From Gammaproteobacteria bacterium (GTDB lineage Bacteria; Pseudomonadota; Gammaproteobacteria; WFUO01), in the NCBI GenBank assembly GCA_015484945.1, contig WFUO01000035.1, positions 60,096 through 124,095 on the forward strand: DNA of 64,000 bases. Reading direction: 5' to 3'. This document shows, in pieces, positions 22,104-32,964 of this stretch (the first letter of the stretch is position 1; each line of letters starts with the position of its first letter). The notes beneath the pieces were generated by a model that was not told the DNA's origin, did not search any database, and worked only from the letters and a program-made list of their open reading frames with translations. The position numbers and the translations under genes were made by a program.

Positions 22104-22964
22104 TCAGCCGCTGACGAGGACCAGCACGCGACGGTTGGCGGCGCGTCCCTTGGCGGTGCGGTTGCTCTTCCAGGGCATGCGTTCACCAAAATACCGGACG
22201 CTGATGCGTGACGGCTTGATCCCCTTGCTGACCAGATAGCGTTTGACCGCCAGCGCACGCCGCTGCGAGAGCAGGAAATTGTAGCGTTTGCGTCCACGGC
22301 TGTCGGTGTGTCCATCGACTCGCAGACGCAGACGCTTGTCGAAACGCAGATAGGTGGCAATGGCATCCAGCTTGCGTCGCGCACGTTTTGAAAGCGCGTG
22401 TCGTGCAGTGGCGAAATAGATACGGCTACGGCGCAAACTGGCCAGACTGTACGGAATCAACGCACGCGTGCATACCTGAAAGCGCCGCAGTGCCGGCTGG
22501 AAATTGATCGCCGACAGGGATACCCGGATCTGCTGATTGTGATCCAGCCAGTCCTGGTAATGGAAGGTGGGGAAATAACCCTCGGCCAGTGCGTCGAGCA
22601 GGCGCAGGGCATCACGCCGCCCGGTGCGAATCGGCCAGGTCCCCGGGCGCAGTTGCAGTCCTGTTATCTCGCGGCTGGCGACATTGTGTTTCCACTGTGG
22701 CGGCACCGCCCAGACCTGTACCGGTATCTTGCGCTCGGGACGCACATGAACACGAATATGAAACTGCAGGCGGCCACCGGCACGCTGTGAAAAAACCGCC
22801 GTGCCATAAAACGGGATCTTCTGGCTCAGACTGCAGTACAACGGGGATGAACGGGTCGTCCATCTGGACTCGTGCCACGGCGACTGGTAGTGATGCACAC
22901 GCGCCCCAACCGGGGCCATTGCGGCCAGCAGGATGACAACGGTGATGACTCGTACGACTGACAC
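22104..22964 (-). CDS. motY: Flagellar motor protein MotY-like (MotY N-domain plus OmpA-like peptidoglycan-binding domain)
   Basis: Signal peptide, YQSPWHESRW..CSLSQKIPFYGTAVF, GYFPTFHY, LSAINF, DGHTDSRG..N..LSQRRA..NRRV. Confidence 0.85.
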   Translation of the reverse strand: MSVVRVITVVILLAAMAPVGARVHHYQSPWHESRWTTRSSPLYCSLSQKIPFYGTAVFSQRAGGRLQFHIRVHVRPERKIPVQVWAVPPQWKHNVASREITGLQLRPGTWPIRTGRRDALRLLDALAEGYFPTFHYQDWLDHNQQIRVSLSAINFQPALRRFQVCTRALIPYSLASLRRSRIYFATARHALSKRARRKLDAIATYLRFDKRLRLRVDGHTDSRGRKRYNFLLSQRRALAVKRYLVSKGIKPSRISVRYFGERMPWKSNRTAKGRAANRRVLVLVSG

Positions 22965-22997
22965 GCGGATACCCTCGTTTCCCGGCCGATACTCATG

Positions 22998-23024
22998 ATA
23001 GCGGACTGAGGCGCATAAACTTTA
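22998..23024 (-). promoter_or_regulatory. Sigma28-like promoter of motY
   Basis: Minus strand TAAAGTTT-N11-TCCGCTAT (perfect extended -35, -10 5/8). Confidence 0.5.
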
Positions 23025-23087
23025 GAGCAAGAAAGTATGGGTATCCGCGTAATCGCACGGTAATGACTTCCGGTTGATCACACGAGA

Positions 23088-23327
23088 TCGACACGGAGGT
23101 ACGGTGTCACGGAGAAAATGTGAGTGTTTACCCAGGATTACAGCCTGCAGCCCTCATCCAGACTACGTTTCTGCCAGTGACCTGCTCATTGAACCCTCTG
23201 CACCTTGGCATTCTTTGCATTGATGCCATGCTGCCAGCGGGTGACACGCCATCACTGATTATCAGTGACACTCACGGATCACCCCTGATTTACCCTTAGT
23301 GGCTCCGTGCGTCCGTGATCTCCGTAC
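23088..23327. repeat. Mosaic intergenic repeat C
   Basis: CACGGAG arm 23091-23119, REP-like 23131-23166, CTTGGC..CTTTGC unit 23196-23250, CTCCGTG arm 23295-23327. Confidence 0.78.
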
Positions 23328-23367
23328 AGGATATCTGCCGTTCGTACGGAGTTTCCCCGAACCCCGG

Positions 23368-26300
23368 CTACCGCTTGCTGCGGCGCAGGCGCGACAACAA
23401 ACGGCGCGCCATTTCGCCGAACATCTCGGTCTGGGTCGGATGCGGATGGATCGCGTGCGCAACCTGTTCCAGGGTCATCTCGCCCGCCACCATCATCACG
23501 CCCTCACCAATCAGGGTATCGGCATGGTCTGCCAGATAGTGCACGCCGACGATGCGATGGGTCTTCTTGTCGGCGACAATCTTGATCATGCCGTGGGTCT
23601 CGTTGGTGATCATGGCCTTTGCGTCGATGCTCATCGGCATCTTGACCTCAACCGCGTCTATACCCCTGGCCCTGGCCTGTTCGACAGACAGGCCGACGAA
23701 GGCAGCCTCGGGCCGGGTGAAGATCACACCGCTGTCCTTGTCCTGGTCATAGGTCATGTCTTCACCGAGAATGGTTGCGGCGGCCACCCTGCCCTGCTGT
23801 CCGGCGGTATGCGCCAGCATCAGGCCCCCGATGACATCACCGACGGCGAAGATGTGCGGCACGCTGGTGCGGCAACGCGTATCGGCCTTGATCACACCAT
23901 TGTCGATGGCCACGCCCGCCTTGTCGAGCTGCAACGGCTCGAGCACCGGACGCTTGCCGGTAGCCATGAGCAGGTAGTCGCAGGTGAAACTGCGCGCCTT
24001 GCCGTCGGCATCCTCGTACGCGACCTTGACGGCCCCCGGCTCACCCTTGACGGACTTGATCTTGACCGAGGTCTTGATGTCCAGGCGTGGATCATCGTTG
24101 AGAACCGCCGTGAGATGTCTGGCGATCTCGGGTTCCACCTCGGCCAGAATACGATCACGCCCTTCCAGCAGGGTGACCTTGCTGCCGAAGTCCTGGAAGA
24201 TCTGCGCCATCTCCATGCCAATCGCGCCGCCGCCAACGACCCCCAGACGTCTTGGTGGCGCATCGAGCTGCCAGACGGTATCCGAAGTCAGCACGCTGCC
24301 ATTGTCGAGCCCCTCCGCGGCACCCGGAATCGGCGGCACGTACGGCGGCGCGCCAGTGGCGATGACCGCGCAACCGAAACGGATCTGCCGGCCCTCGGGT
24401 TTGCCGCCCGGCTGCTGGCGGCGGTGCGGGTCCTTGCTGTTGCCGCTGGTATCGATGAACAGCGTGTGTTGATCGACGAAGGATGCAAACCCCTGGATGA
24501 CCTCGATCCTGACGCCCTTGTCTGTCTTGAGCGCCATCTCGCCGCGTGTTTCTAGCACATGCCGGCGGGTCTTTTCGAGCTTGTCCCAATCCAGTTTCGC
24601 GCGCGTGGTGCCGGTAACACCCAGGTGCTCGTCATGGGCGCGGTCCCGGATCCGGTCGGCCGCCGCGCGCCAGGCCTTGGACGGGATGCAGCCACGCCAC
24701 AGGCATTCCCCCCCGGGAAACGGCGCGTCGTTGATCATGGCCACCTTGACGCCATGTTCGGCCAGATCCCGGGCGCAGTCCTCGCCACCAGGTCCGCCGC
24801 CGATGACGACCACGTCATAGTCCCAGTCGCCTTCGGGAATCGCCGGGCCGGTCGGGCCCATCCAGCTTTCGGGCTGCTCGATCAGACCCTTCAGGGTATT
24901 CAGATACATGGCCACTTCGGCCCCGTTGACGACCCGGTGATCGGCGGTAATCGTCATTGGCATGCCCTGTTCACCGGCCGTTGCCAGCGCCAGGATGGCG
25001 GCGATGCCGGGCGTGACGATAGCATCGAACTGACTCACGCCCAGCATGCCCATGTTCGAAATCATGAACGTCGGGTTGGCGTACTCCTCGGGCTTGAGGC
25101 GACGGCTGCGCGCACGCTCAACCAGGTCTTTCCAGTCGGCGCCCAGTTCCTCGAGACTGCGGCGATCGCAGGCGCGCAACACAGGCACCACCAGACCGCC
25201 GCCTTCTGCAGCCACCGCCATGCCGATATCGACCTGGCTGCGCTCGACCAGCCGGTCGGTGGGCTGATAGCACCAGTTCATGCTCGGATGTTTCTCCATC
25301 GCCAGCGCACAGGCCTTGGCAATCGCCACGGTAACCGATGTCCCCTTGGCTTTGGCTGCCTTGATCAGTGCCGCCGGACTGGCGTGCACGGTGACATGGA
25401 AGGTCGGTATCGTGATCGATGCCGACATCGAGTGGCTGACGGCCTTCTCCATCGCGTTCATCGGCCTGCCGTCGCCGGCCACCTCGGGTTCGGCGAACAC
25501 CGTGGTGGCGGCGGCGCTGCCGACGGGCTGGGCATTGAGCACGTCGGCCGCGGTAATCACACTGCCCGGGCCGGTACCCTGCACCTGGTTCAGATCCACC
25601 TGTTGCTGTCCGGCCAGCTTGCGCGCATACGGCGTGGCATACCGGGTGGCGGGACGGGGCGCCGGGGCAGCGGCGGTGCGGGACGGCACGCGTGCCACGG
25701 AATCGTCGCTTGCCGGCGTGGCCGCGGATGGCGCAGGTGTCTGCGCGCTGTCGGCGGACGGTGCCGCGGCTTCGACCCGCTGCTTCTCGTCCACGACCTG
25801 ATCAGCGGACTCAACCAGCCAGGCCATGACACCACCCACGGGCACCACGCTGTCAACCTCGACCATCGGACCGGACAGATAACCTTCGCGGAACACCTCG
25901 ACATCCATGATGGCCTTGTCGGTCTCGACCTGGGCGACGATGTCGCCCCGGCTGATCCTGTCGCCGGGGGCCTTCTCCCAGCTAACGACGATGCCCTCGG
26001 TCATGGTGTCGGAGAGCTGCGGCATCTTGATCGCGTGCACGGCGCCCTCCGGCTCGGCCAGGTCATTGCCTCCACCAGCCGCAGCGGGAGCCGGATCAGG
26101 TTCCGGTGCGGTTTCCGCCGCCGGATCCTCGTCCACCGGCGTTGCCGGCGCGGCGGCAGGCGCTCCGTCGTGATGCACCTCGTCGGCACTGGCGACGATA
26201 TAGGCGATCGGCTCTCCAACCGGTACGGTGCTATCCACCGGCGCCAGCGGCCCCGACAGATAGCCCTCACGGAATACCTCGACATCCATGATGGCCTTGT

Positions 26301-26430
26301 CGGTCTCGACCGTGGCGACGATGTCGCCGCGCTCGAGCCTGTCGCCGACATTCTTCTCCCAGCTCACGATGACACCTTCGGTCATGGTGTCGGAGAGCTG
26401 GGGCATTTTGATGACATAAGGATCTGCCAT
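23368..26430 (-). CDS. pdhC: Fused pyruvate dehydrogenase E2-E3 (2 lipoyl domains, PSBD, acetyltransferase, dihydrolipoamide dehydrogenase)
   Basis: VETDKA x2, ATPYARKLA PSBD, ITADHRVVNG E2 site, GGGPGG, GGECLWRGCIPSK, GGGAIG, HPHPTQTE. Confidence 0.93.
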   Translation of the reverse strand: MADPYVIKMPQLSDTMTEGVIVSWEKNVGDRLERGDIVATVETDKAIMDVEVFREGYLSGPLAPVDSTVPVGEPIAYIVASADEVHHDGAPAAAPATPVDEDPAAETAPEPDPAPAAAGGGNDLAEPEGAVHAIKMPQLSDTMTEGIVVSWEKAPGDRISRGDIVAQVETDKAIMDVEVFREGYLSGPMVEVDSVVPVGGVMAWLVESADQVVDEKQRVEAAAPSADSAQTPAPSAATPASDDSVARVPSRTAAAPAPRPATRYATPYARKLAGQQQVDLNQVQGTGPGSVITAADVLNAQPVGSAAATTVFAEPEVAGDGRPMNAMEKAVSHSMSASITIPTFHVTVHASPAALIKAAKAKGTSVTVAIAKACALAMEKHPSMNWCYQPTDRLVERSQVDIGMAVAAEGGGLVVPVLRACDRRSLEELGADWKDLVERARSRRLKPEEYANPTFMISNMGMLGVSQFDAIVTPGIAAILALATAGEQGMPMTITADHRVVNGAEVAMYLNTLKGLIEQPESWMGPTGPAIPEGDWDYDVVVIGGGPGGEDCARDLAEHGVKVAMINDAPFPGGECLWRGCIPSKAWRAAADRIRDRAHDEHLGVTGTTRAKLDWDKLEKTRRHVLETRGEMALKTDKGVRIEVIQGFASFVDQHTLFIDTSGNSKDPHRRQQPGGKPEGRQIRFGCAVIATGAPPYVPPIPGAAEGLDNGSVLTSDTVWQLDAPPRRLGVVGGGAIGMEMAQIFQDFGSKVTLLEGRDRILAEVEPEIARHLTAVLNDDPRLDIKTSVKIKSVKGEPGAVKVAYEDADGKARSFTCDYLLMATGKRPVLEPLQLDKAGVAIDNGVIKADTRCRTSVPHIFAVGDVIGGLMLAHTAGQQGRVAAATILGEDMTYDQDKDSGVIFTRPEAAFVGLSVEQARARGIDAVEVKMPMSIDAKAMITNETHGMIKIVADKKTHRIVGVHYLADHADTLIGEGVMMVAGEMTLEQVAHAIHPHPTQTEMFGEMARRLLSRLRRSKR

Positions 26431-26511
26431 GTGACTCCCTGAATTTCCGGGACCCGACGCACGCCATGCACGCCGGGTCGGGCCGCACGCACGCGGCAGG
26501 ACGATTGAACG

Positions 26512-27489
26512 CTACTTGCCGAACATCTTCAGAACCGCGCGCACGACGTCGTCGGGGCTCGGAATGGCGGCTTTCTCCAGCTTGTGGTTGTACGGTATTG
26601 GTACATTTTTCGCCGACACCCGTACCGGCGGCGCATCAAGCTCGAAGAAACACTCCTCATTGATGATGGCCATGACCTCGGAACCCACGCCGACCGGCGG
26701 CTCCGCTTCCTCGACGATCACGGCCCGGTGGGTCTTGCTCACCGACTGGCGTATCCCCTCGCGGTCGATCGGGTTCAGCGCGAACAGGTCGACGACCTCG
26801 GCCTCGATGCCATGCTTTGCCAGCACATCGGCCGCCTGCAGGGCCCAGTGCACCGAGATGTTATAACCGAACAGGGTCACGTCACGACCCTCGCGCGCGA
26901 TCTCGGACCCTTCCAGCGGCATGAAGTATTCCTCGTCCGGCACCTCGCCCTTGAGGTTGTACATCAGCTCATGCTCGTTGATGAACACCGGATCGTCGCA
27001 ACGCACGGCGGACTTGAGCAGGCCATAGGCCTGACGTGGATTGGACGGTGTCACCACGCGCAGACCGGCGATACCCATGAACACCTTCTCCATGCGCGCC
27101 GAATGCTGGGCGCCGAGCTGGTGCGCGGTCCCCCCGGGTGAACGCACGACCACCGGGGCGCGCAACTGGCCGCCGGACATGTAGTGCACCTTGGCCGCCG
27201 AATTGAACAGCTGGTCCATTGCCAGCCAGGCAAAGTTGACCGACATGATCTCGACGATCGGCCGCACGCCGATGAAGGAGGCGCCGATCGCCAGACCGGT
27301 AAAACCGTTCTCGGAAATCGGCGTGTCGATGACCCGCTCCGGCCCATACTTGTCGTACAGACCCTTGGTGGCCTTGTAGGTGCCACCGGCGACACCGATA
27401 TCCTCACCCATGCAGATCACCATCGGATCGCGGGCCATTTCCTCGTCGTGCGCACGGCGCACGGCTTCCCAGAACATCATCTCGGCCAT
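26512..27489 (-). CDS. pdhB: Pyruvate dehydrogenase E1 beta subunit
   Basis: GEDIG..GGTYK, DTPISE, GAQHS, DDPVF; TGATG overlap with pdhA. Confidence 0.93.
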   Translation of the reverse strand: MAEMMFWEAVRRAHDEEMARDPMVICMGEDIGVAGGTYKATKGLYDKYGPERVIDTPISENGFTGLAIGASFIGVRPIVEIMSVNFAWLAMDQLFNSAAKVHYMSGGQLRAPVVVRSPGGTAHQLGAQHSARMEKVFMGIAGLRVVTPSNPRQAYGLLKSAVRCDDPVFINEHELMYNLKGEVPDEEYFMPLEGSEIAREGRDVTLFGYNISVHWALQAADVLAKHGIEAEVVDLFALNPIDREGIRQSVSKTHRAVIVEEAEPPVGVGSEVMAIINEECFFELDAPPVRVSAKNVPIPYNHKLEKAAIPSPDDVVRAVLKMFGK

Positions 27490-28505
27490 CAGCCTGCACC
27501 TCCCCTGACCCACGGATCGTTCTCAACGAGCACATATTTCTCCAGCATCTCGAGTGGCGGTTCGGGCGATTCCTCGGCAAAGCGGATGATCTCATCCTCG
27601 ATCTGCTCGAGGATCTCGTGATCGAGTTTCTTGTAATCGTCGAGCGTCATCTCGCCGGCCTCGATCAGCCGGTCGCGCAGGATAATGACCGGGTCGCGCT
27701 CACCCCAGCGCCGTTCCTCGGCCTTTTCACGATAGGCGTTGGAATCCGACATCGAATGACCCCGGTAGCGGTAGGTCATCAGTTCAAGGAAATATGGTCC
27801 CTTGCCGGAACGCACATGCTCGATGGCATCGACGGCGGCATCATAAACCACATCGATATCCTGGCCATCGACCTGACGCGAGGGAATATTATAGGCGCTG
27901 ACGCGCTTGTACTGATCGACCACAGCCGTGGAGCGGTCGATACGGGTGCCAATGCCGTACAGATTGTTCTCGCACACATACAGCACCGGCAGCTCCCACA
28001 GAGCCGCCATGTTCAGGGATTCGTGGAAGGTTCCCTGGTTGTTGGCCGCATCACCGAGAAAACAGATACAAATCTCGTCACCACCCTTCATCTTGATGCC
28101 CTTGGCGATCCCCGCCGCAAGTGGAAACGGCCCGCCGACCAGGGCATAGCCACCCATGAAGCGGTGATCGACGCCAAAGATGTGCATCGAGCCACCGAGC
28201 CCCTTGCAGGTGCCGGTGACCTTGGCGAACAGTTCGGCCATCACGGCCTTGGGATCAACACCGGACTTGATGGCGTGGATATGGTCGCGGTAACTGGTGA
28301 TGATGTAGTCATGACCGGGCCGGGCCGCCTCGATGACACCATGGGCGCAGGCCTCTTCGCCGCAGTACAGATGCAGGAAACCGCCAATCTTGCGTTCCAC
28401 ATAGGCTTCGTAGCAGCGCTCTTCGAAGCGCCGGGCAAACAGCATTTCGCGCAGAAGTCGCTTGTGGCTCTCTACGCTGAGGGTATTCTTGAGTGAGGAG
28501 TTCAT
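27489..28505 (-). CDS. pdhA: Pyruvate dehydrogenase E1 alpha subunit
   Basis: IGGFLHLYCGEEA, GGSMH, GDAANNQG..ENN TPP motif, YRYRGHSMSD. Confidence 0.94.
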   Translation of the reverse strand: MNSSLKNTLSVESHKRLLREMLFARRFEERCYEAYVERKIGGFLHLYCGEEACAHGVIEAARPGHDYIITSYRDHIHAIKSGVDPKAVMAELFAKVTGTCKGLGGSMHIFGVDHRFMGGYALVGGPFPLAAGIAKGIKMKGGDEICICFLGDAANNQGTFHESLNMAALWELPVLYVCENNLYGIGTRIDRSTAVVDQYKRVSAYNIPSRQVDGQDIDVVYDAAVDAIEHVRSGKGPYFLELMTYRYRGHSMSDSNAYREKAEERRWGERDPVIILRDRLIEAGEMTLDDYKKLDHEILEQIEDEIIRFAEESPEPPLEMLEKYVLVENDPWVRGGAG

Positions 28506-28812
28506 AAGGCCCCTTGAGCTTTTTTGTTAGCCGAATCAGGCCGCGTCTCGTGTGACAAGACCGCAAACCCGGGTAATGAACGGCGTATGATCGGCGTTTT
28601 GCCCCGGCAGGTCAAGAAAAAGGCACTCGACCGACTTCGCGTATGTGGTTATTTTTTTAATACTATCATGTAGTTGAATAATTTTTGGACATCTGAAGAC
28701 AAGGTTGGAAAAAACCGTCAAAGCCATCCGGCCAGGCCTGGCGAGACTGTATCGGCCTGACGAATCCCCCTATAATGGACGGAATTGGCACCAGCGCCCC
28801 GGAATTCGCATT

Positions 28813-29868
28813 ATGAGCACACCTGCACGTCTGACTCTCACCCGTCCCGACGACTGGCATCTGCATCTGCGGGACGGCCCGGCCATGCAGGCGGTGGTCA
28901 TGCACACGGCACAGCGTTTCGCCCGCGCCATCATCATGCCCAACCTGAAACCGCCGGTGACCAGTGTGGCCCAGGCGCAGGCCTACCGCCGGCGTATTCT
29001 CGACGCGCTGCCGGCCGACAGCGGCTTCGAGCCACTGATGACCCTCTATTTGACTCCACAGACCGATCCTGACGAAATCCGCGCCGCGCGCGACAGCGGC
29101 ATCGTCCACGCAGTCAAACTCTACCCTGCCGGGGCCACGACCAACGCCGAGGCCGGCGTGAACGATCTGAAGGCCATCTACCCGATACTCGAGGTCATGC
29201 AACAGGTGGATCTGCCGCTGCTTGTACACGGCGAGTCCACCGACTCATCAGTGGATGTATTCGACCGGGAGGCGGCGTTCATCAACCACCATCTGGGGCC
29301 GATCTGCGAGACCTTTGCGTCCCTGCGTGTGGTGCTCGAACACATCACCACCCGTGAAGCCGTGGCATTCGTGCGCGAGGCCCGTCCCGGCGTTGCGGCC
29401 ACGATCACCGCCCATCACCTGCTGCTCAACCGCAACGCCATGTTCGAAAGCGGGATACGACCGCATCACTACTGCCTCCCGGTACTCAAGCGTGAACGCC
29501 ACAGGCAGGCCCTGGTCGAAGCCGCCACCAGCGGCGATCCGCGCTTCTTCCTTGGCACCGACAGCGCCCCGCACCCGCGCCGCGCCAAGGAATCCGCCTG
29601 CGGCTGCGCCGGCATCTATACCGCGCATGCCGCGATCGAACTGTATGCCGAGGTCTTCGAAGCCGCCGGGGCACTGGATCGCCTCGAAGCCTTCGCCAGC
29701 TTCCACGGGCCCGATTTCTATGGTCTGCCACGCAACCGCGACAGCATCACAGTGGAGAAAGCGAGCTGGAAGGTACCCGCCAGCTATCCGCTCGACGGCG
29801 ACGAAGTGGTGCCGCTGCGCGCCGGGCAGGATGTGGGCTGGCGGATTGCCGGCGAGTCATCTGTTTAG
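28813..29868 (+). CDS. pyrC: Dihydroorotase (E. coli type)
   Basis: [38 protein letters not shown]. Confidence 0.98.
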   Translation: MSTPARLTLTRPDDWHLHLRDGPAMQAVVMHTAQRFARAIIMPNLKPPVTSVAQAQAYRRRILDALPADSGFEPLMTLYLTPQTDPDEIRAARDSGIVHAVKLYPAGATTNAEAGVNDLKAIYPILEVMQQVDLPLLVHGESTDSSVDVFDREAAFINHHLGPICETFASLRVVLEHITTREAVAFVREARPGVAATITAHHLLLNRNAMFESGIRPHHYCLPVLKRERHRQALVEAATSGDPRFFLGTDSAPHPRRAKESACGCAGIYTAHAAIELYAEVFEAAGALDRLEAFASFHGPDFYGLPRNRDSITVEKASWKVPASYPLDGDEVVPLRAGQDVGWRIAGESSV

Positions 29869-29877
29869 GTATTGAGT

Positions 29878-30244
29878 TCAACACGGAGCACACAGAGGAG
29901 GCACAGAGACCACAAAGGTGGACAATGGTTTATCCGCGGGGACATGGATAACATGGGAAAATCTGGCTGCACGACCCTTCATGCAGATGACCTGGACACC
30001 CAGCACGCCCGTAGTTCAACCATCGCTGTCTTTGCGTCCTCCGCGCCTTGGCGTTCTTTGCGTTACCTCACGCCCTCAGCAGCAGTGGCGCGGCCCGGAT
30101 GCAGGCCACAGGCCGGAATCCGTGGATCTTCGTACGGATGGCATGCGGTCAACACGGTGATACAAAGGCGAGGATTGAAAGGCCTGCCGGCACACCCACA
30201 AGGATTTTCTCCGTGGCTCCGTGCCTCTGTGTGCTCCGTGTCAA
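29878..30244. repeat. Mosaic intergenic repeat D between convergent genes
   Basis: Outer inverted arms ACACGGAGCACACAGAGG (29881) / CCTCTGTGTGCTCCGTGT (30241); inner CTTTGCG..CTTGGCG..CTTTGCG 30030-30064; REP-like 30090-30125. Confidence 0.82.
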
Positions 30245-30265
30245 GTTCATGCCGTATTGCATCAA

Positions 30266-30649
30266 TCAGTTCTGCACCGGATCCACACCATACAGCGTGC
30301 GTACCGGATCGGTGGCCAGGTAGCCGCGCACGCCGATGAGGTAGAACACCAGCACGAAATACAGCAACAGGCTGAGCGGCACCTTGAACAGGCCGCCATC
30401 GACCAGCAGCAGGACTGCCCATACGGCGATAGTCAGCGCCAGAACATAGATCAGCGCCCGGGCGACCTTCCAGACGATACGCTGTCGCCATGGCAACAGT
30501 ATCGCGCTCAATGTGAATCCGATACCGATGATCGGCGCCACTCCCGGACCCAGGGCCTGTTTGCGCTGGTAAAAGGTCAGCGCGACATAGAGATAATACA
30601 GCCCCAGCAAGGCATTGACGATGACGATATTGCGTATGCCTCTAGGCAT
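30266..30649 (-). CDS. Small hypothetical membrane protein (about 4 TM)
   Basis: 127-aa highly hydrophobic ORF; GAGG RBS right after upstream stop. Confidence 0.7.
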   Translation of the reverse strand: MPRGIRNIVIVNALLGLYYLYVALTFYQRKQALGPGVAPIIGIGFTLSAILLPWRQRIVWKVARALIYVLALTIAVWAVLLLVDGGLFKVPLSLLLYFVLVFYLIGVRGYLATDPVRTLYGVDPVQN

Positions 30650-30658
30650 GTGATGTCC

Positions 30659-31579
30659 TCAGTACAGGCGTGTCACGCGGTAGCCGCTGCCCTCGAGCAG
30701 ACGCAGCAGCCCCAGGCGCCCGGTCAGGTGCAGGGTGCCAACGGCGAAGAAGGTATTGCCCCTGCGCAGCCACGGTTGCATGCGACGGTGCATGATACGG
30801 TTGCGGCGCACGATCAGCCAGTCAACCAGTTTTTTCGCCGATGCCAGGTCACCGGTCCAGTTGCTGCGCGCGCCGACCGTGACCATGGCCTTCAGGTCAC
30901 GATCGAGCCAGGCCTGCAACAGACGGCGGAACGACGCATGCACCTGTTCGATGTTGTTGACGGTCTGACGCAGCATGTTCACCTGCTCCCGCATGTCAAG
31001 AAAATCGAAGGCCGCGCCATGCTCCGCGGCTGTTTCCAGTCCGCAGACCTGCTTGTTGCGGCTGATCGCGCTGGTGTAGAGACGCATGTCCAGCATCTGC
31101 GCGCCCACGTAACGCGGCGGGATGTTGAGCAGATAGGCCACCGCAAAGGGTTTCATGCGATCGAAGCTGCCTGACTGCAACCCATAGCGCTTCATCAGGC
31201 GCGCCGTGGCCTGATACAGCCGCTTGGGCAACAGGGTCTTCAGGCTGCGTCCGTCCTGAAAATACATGCTCTTGAGCTCCATCTCCAACATGCGGAAATC
31301 CATCTTCACTTCGGTACACACGGTTTGCGCGCCATCAAAAGCGCGCTGGATAACAGGTGGCAGACGTGTCACGCGCGGATCATCGACATGGATGGTACCA
31401 AGCAGGTAACTGGGCCGCAGGCCGGGTTTCTCGATCTTCCAGAAAATGCCGCGGGTGTACTTGCGCGGCACGATGTCGGCAAACACCCGCATCAGGTCGT
31501 CCCGTGACGCGGCCAGACCGGACCCCGGAAGGGCCAGGATCAGCAACAGCACATGGATGAGAAGACGCGATGTTCGCAT
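30659..31579 (-). CDS. TraB/GumN-family exported protein
   Basis: Signal peptide; FWKIEK..SYLLGTIH, GLET, RN..M, AVGTLHL..G..GLL..L..GY. Confidence 0.9.
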   Translation of the reverse strand: MRTSRLLIHVLLLILALPGSGLAASRDDLMRVFADIVPRKYTRGIFWKIEKPGLRPSYLLGTIHVDDPRVTRLPPVIQRAFDGAQTVCTEVKMDFRMLEMELKSMYFQDGRSLKTLLPKRLYQATARLMKRYGLQSGSFDRMKPFAVAYLLNIPPRYVGAQMLDMRLYTSAISRNKQVCGLETAAEHGAAFDFLDMREQVNMLRQTVNNIEQVHASFRRLLQAWLDRDLKAMVTVGARSNWTGDLASAKKLVDWLIVRRNRIMHRRMQPWLRRGNTFFAVGTLHLTGRLGLLRLLEGSGYRVTRLY

Positions 31580-31725
31580 AACCGGAGTATAACCCGAATG
31601 TCGCAGCAGCCGAACCAGCCTGTGCACACGGACCAGATCAGCATTCAAATCAACTGACACCAACCGGGTGCCCCCCTGACGGATACGCCTGTATTTTGCA
31701 CCACGCTTCCGTTATGCTGTGACCC

Positions 31726-32388
31726 ATGCAGGAACAGCACAGCAAACCGGCCATTGCCGACCGCTTTCGGGGCTATCTGCCGGTGATCGTTGATGTCGAG
31801 ACCGGCGGATTCAACGCCACCACTGATGCCCTGCTGGAGATCGCGGCCGTGATTCCGGAAATGGACGAACAAGGCCTGTTGCATCCGGGTGATACCGTAC
31901 ATGCCCACGTGGTGCCGTTCGAGGGCGCCAACCTGGACCCCGCGGCGCTGGAATTCACCGGCATCGACCCGTGGCATCCGCTACGCCTGGCCAAGTCCGA
32001 ACACGAGGCCATGTCATCGGTGTTCAAGACCGTGCGCACCGCGGTCAAGAACAGCGGCTGCACACGCGCCATCCTGGTCGGTCACAACGCGTTCTTCGAC
32101 CTGGGTTTCGTCAACGCCGCGGCCGAGCGCTGCGGCATCAAGCGCAACCCGTTTCATCCGTTCAGCTGTTTCGACACCGCCACACTGTCGGGCCTGGTGT
32201 ACGGCCAGACGGTACTGGCGCGCGCGGCCCAGGCCGCCGGCATCGAATGGGATGACAACGAGGCGCACTCGGCGCGTTACGACGCCATGCAGACGGCCAG
32301 ACTGTTCTGCACCATCGTCAATCGCTGGAAAGAACTCTCTGACAGGGAAAAGGCCTGCATGGAAGCAGGCCTTCTGCAGGATTCCTGA
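31726..32388 (+). CDS. rnt: Ribonuclease T
   Basis: [39 protein letters not shown]. Confidence 0.97.
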   Translation: MQEQHSKPAIADRFRGYLPVIVDVETGGFNATTDALLEIAAVIPEMDEQGLLHPGDTVHAHVVPFEGANLDPAALEFTGIDPWHPLRLAKSEHEAMSSVFKTVRTAVKNSGCTRAILVGHNAFFDLGFVNAAAERCGIKRNPFHPFSCFDTATLSGLVYGQTVLARAAQAAGIEWDDNEAHSARYDAMQTARLFCTIVNRWKELSDREKACMEAGLLQDS

Positions 32389-32450
32389 ACCGGTCATTCC
32401 TGATCCGGGTACTGCGGTCGCAAGGGATCCCGCCGTCAGCGGGATACCGG

Positions 32451-32777
32451 TCAGCCCTCGACGTTGGCCGTGGCCTCCTCGACCATCTTCTTCAACTCAC
32501 CCTTCTCATGCAGTTCCAGGGTGATATCACATCCGCCGATCAGCTCGCCGTTGATGTAGATCTGCGGAAATGTCGGCCAGTTGGCGAAGCGTGGCAGATT
32601 CTGGAAGATCTCCGGGTCGGCCAGAACGTTTACATAGGCGAAGGGCCTGCCACAGGCCTGCAGGGCCGCAGCCGCGCGGCTGGAGAAACCGCACTGCGGC
32701 ATCTTCGGAGTCCCCTTCATGTAGATGATGACCGGGTTTTCCTCGACTTGCTGTTTGATTCTTTCCAGAACATCCAT
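32451..32777 (-). CDS. grxD: Monothiol glutaredoxin Grx4
   Basis: MKGTP..PQCGFS, WPTFPQ, GGCD. Confidence 0.96.
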   Translation of the reverse strand: MDVLERIKQQVEENPVIIYMKGTPKMPQCGFSSRAAAALQACGRPFAYVNVLADPEIFQNLPRFANWPTFPQIYINGELIGGCDITLELHEKGELKKMVEEATANVEG

Positions 32778-32964
32778 AGCTTGAAACCTCTTTGCATTGG
32801 CTGCCGCCCGAAGCGCAGATGCGCTCCGGACACGGCAGGCGAGTGTACGTATCACACCGGCGTATAACAACCACCAGTTAGCGTGGATATTGCGTCAGTA
32901 ATTGTCGATGATGGCGTTATTCGAAGCCGGATTATCGTTGACATGGGGGTGTACGCGAACGTAA

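Noticed and set aside
29872..30339. ORFs spanning repeat mosaics (also 16319-16507, 21415-21702, 53515-54018, 60524-60823)
   Set aside because: Translations of palindromic repeat DNA with no protein-like features
32866..32890. CCAC...GTGG partial palindrome upstream of grxD as a second IscR site
   Set aside because: Match to the consensus is too weak to claim, despite plausible context
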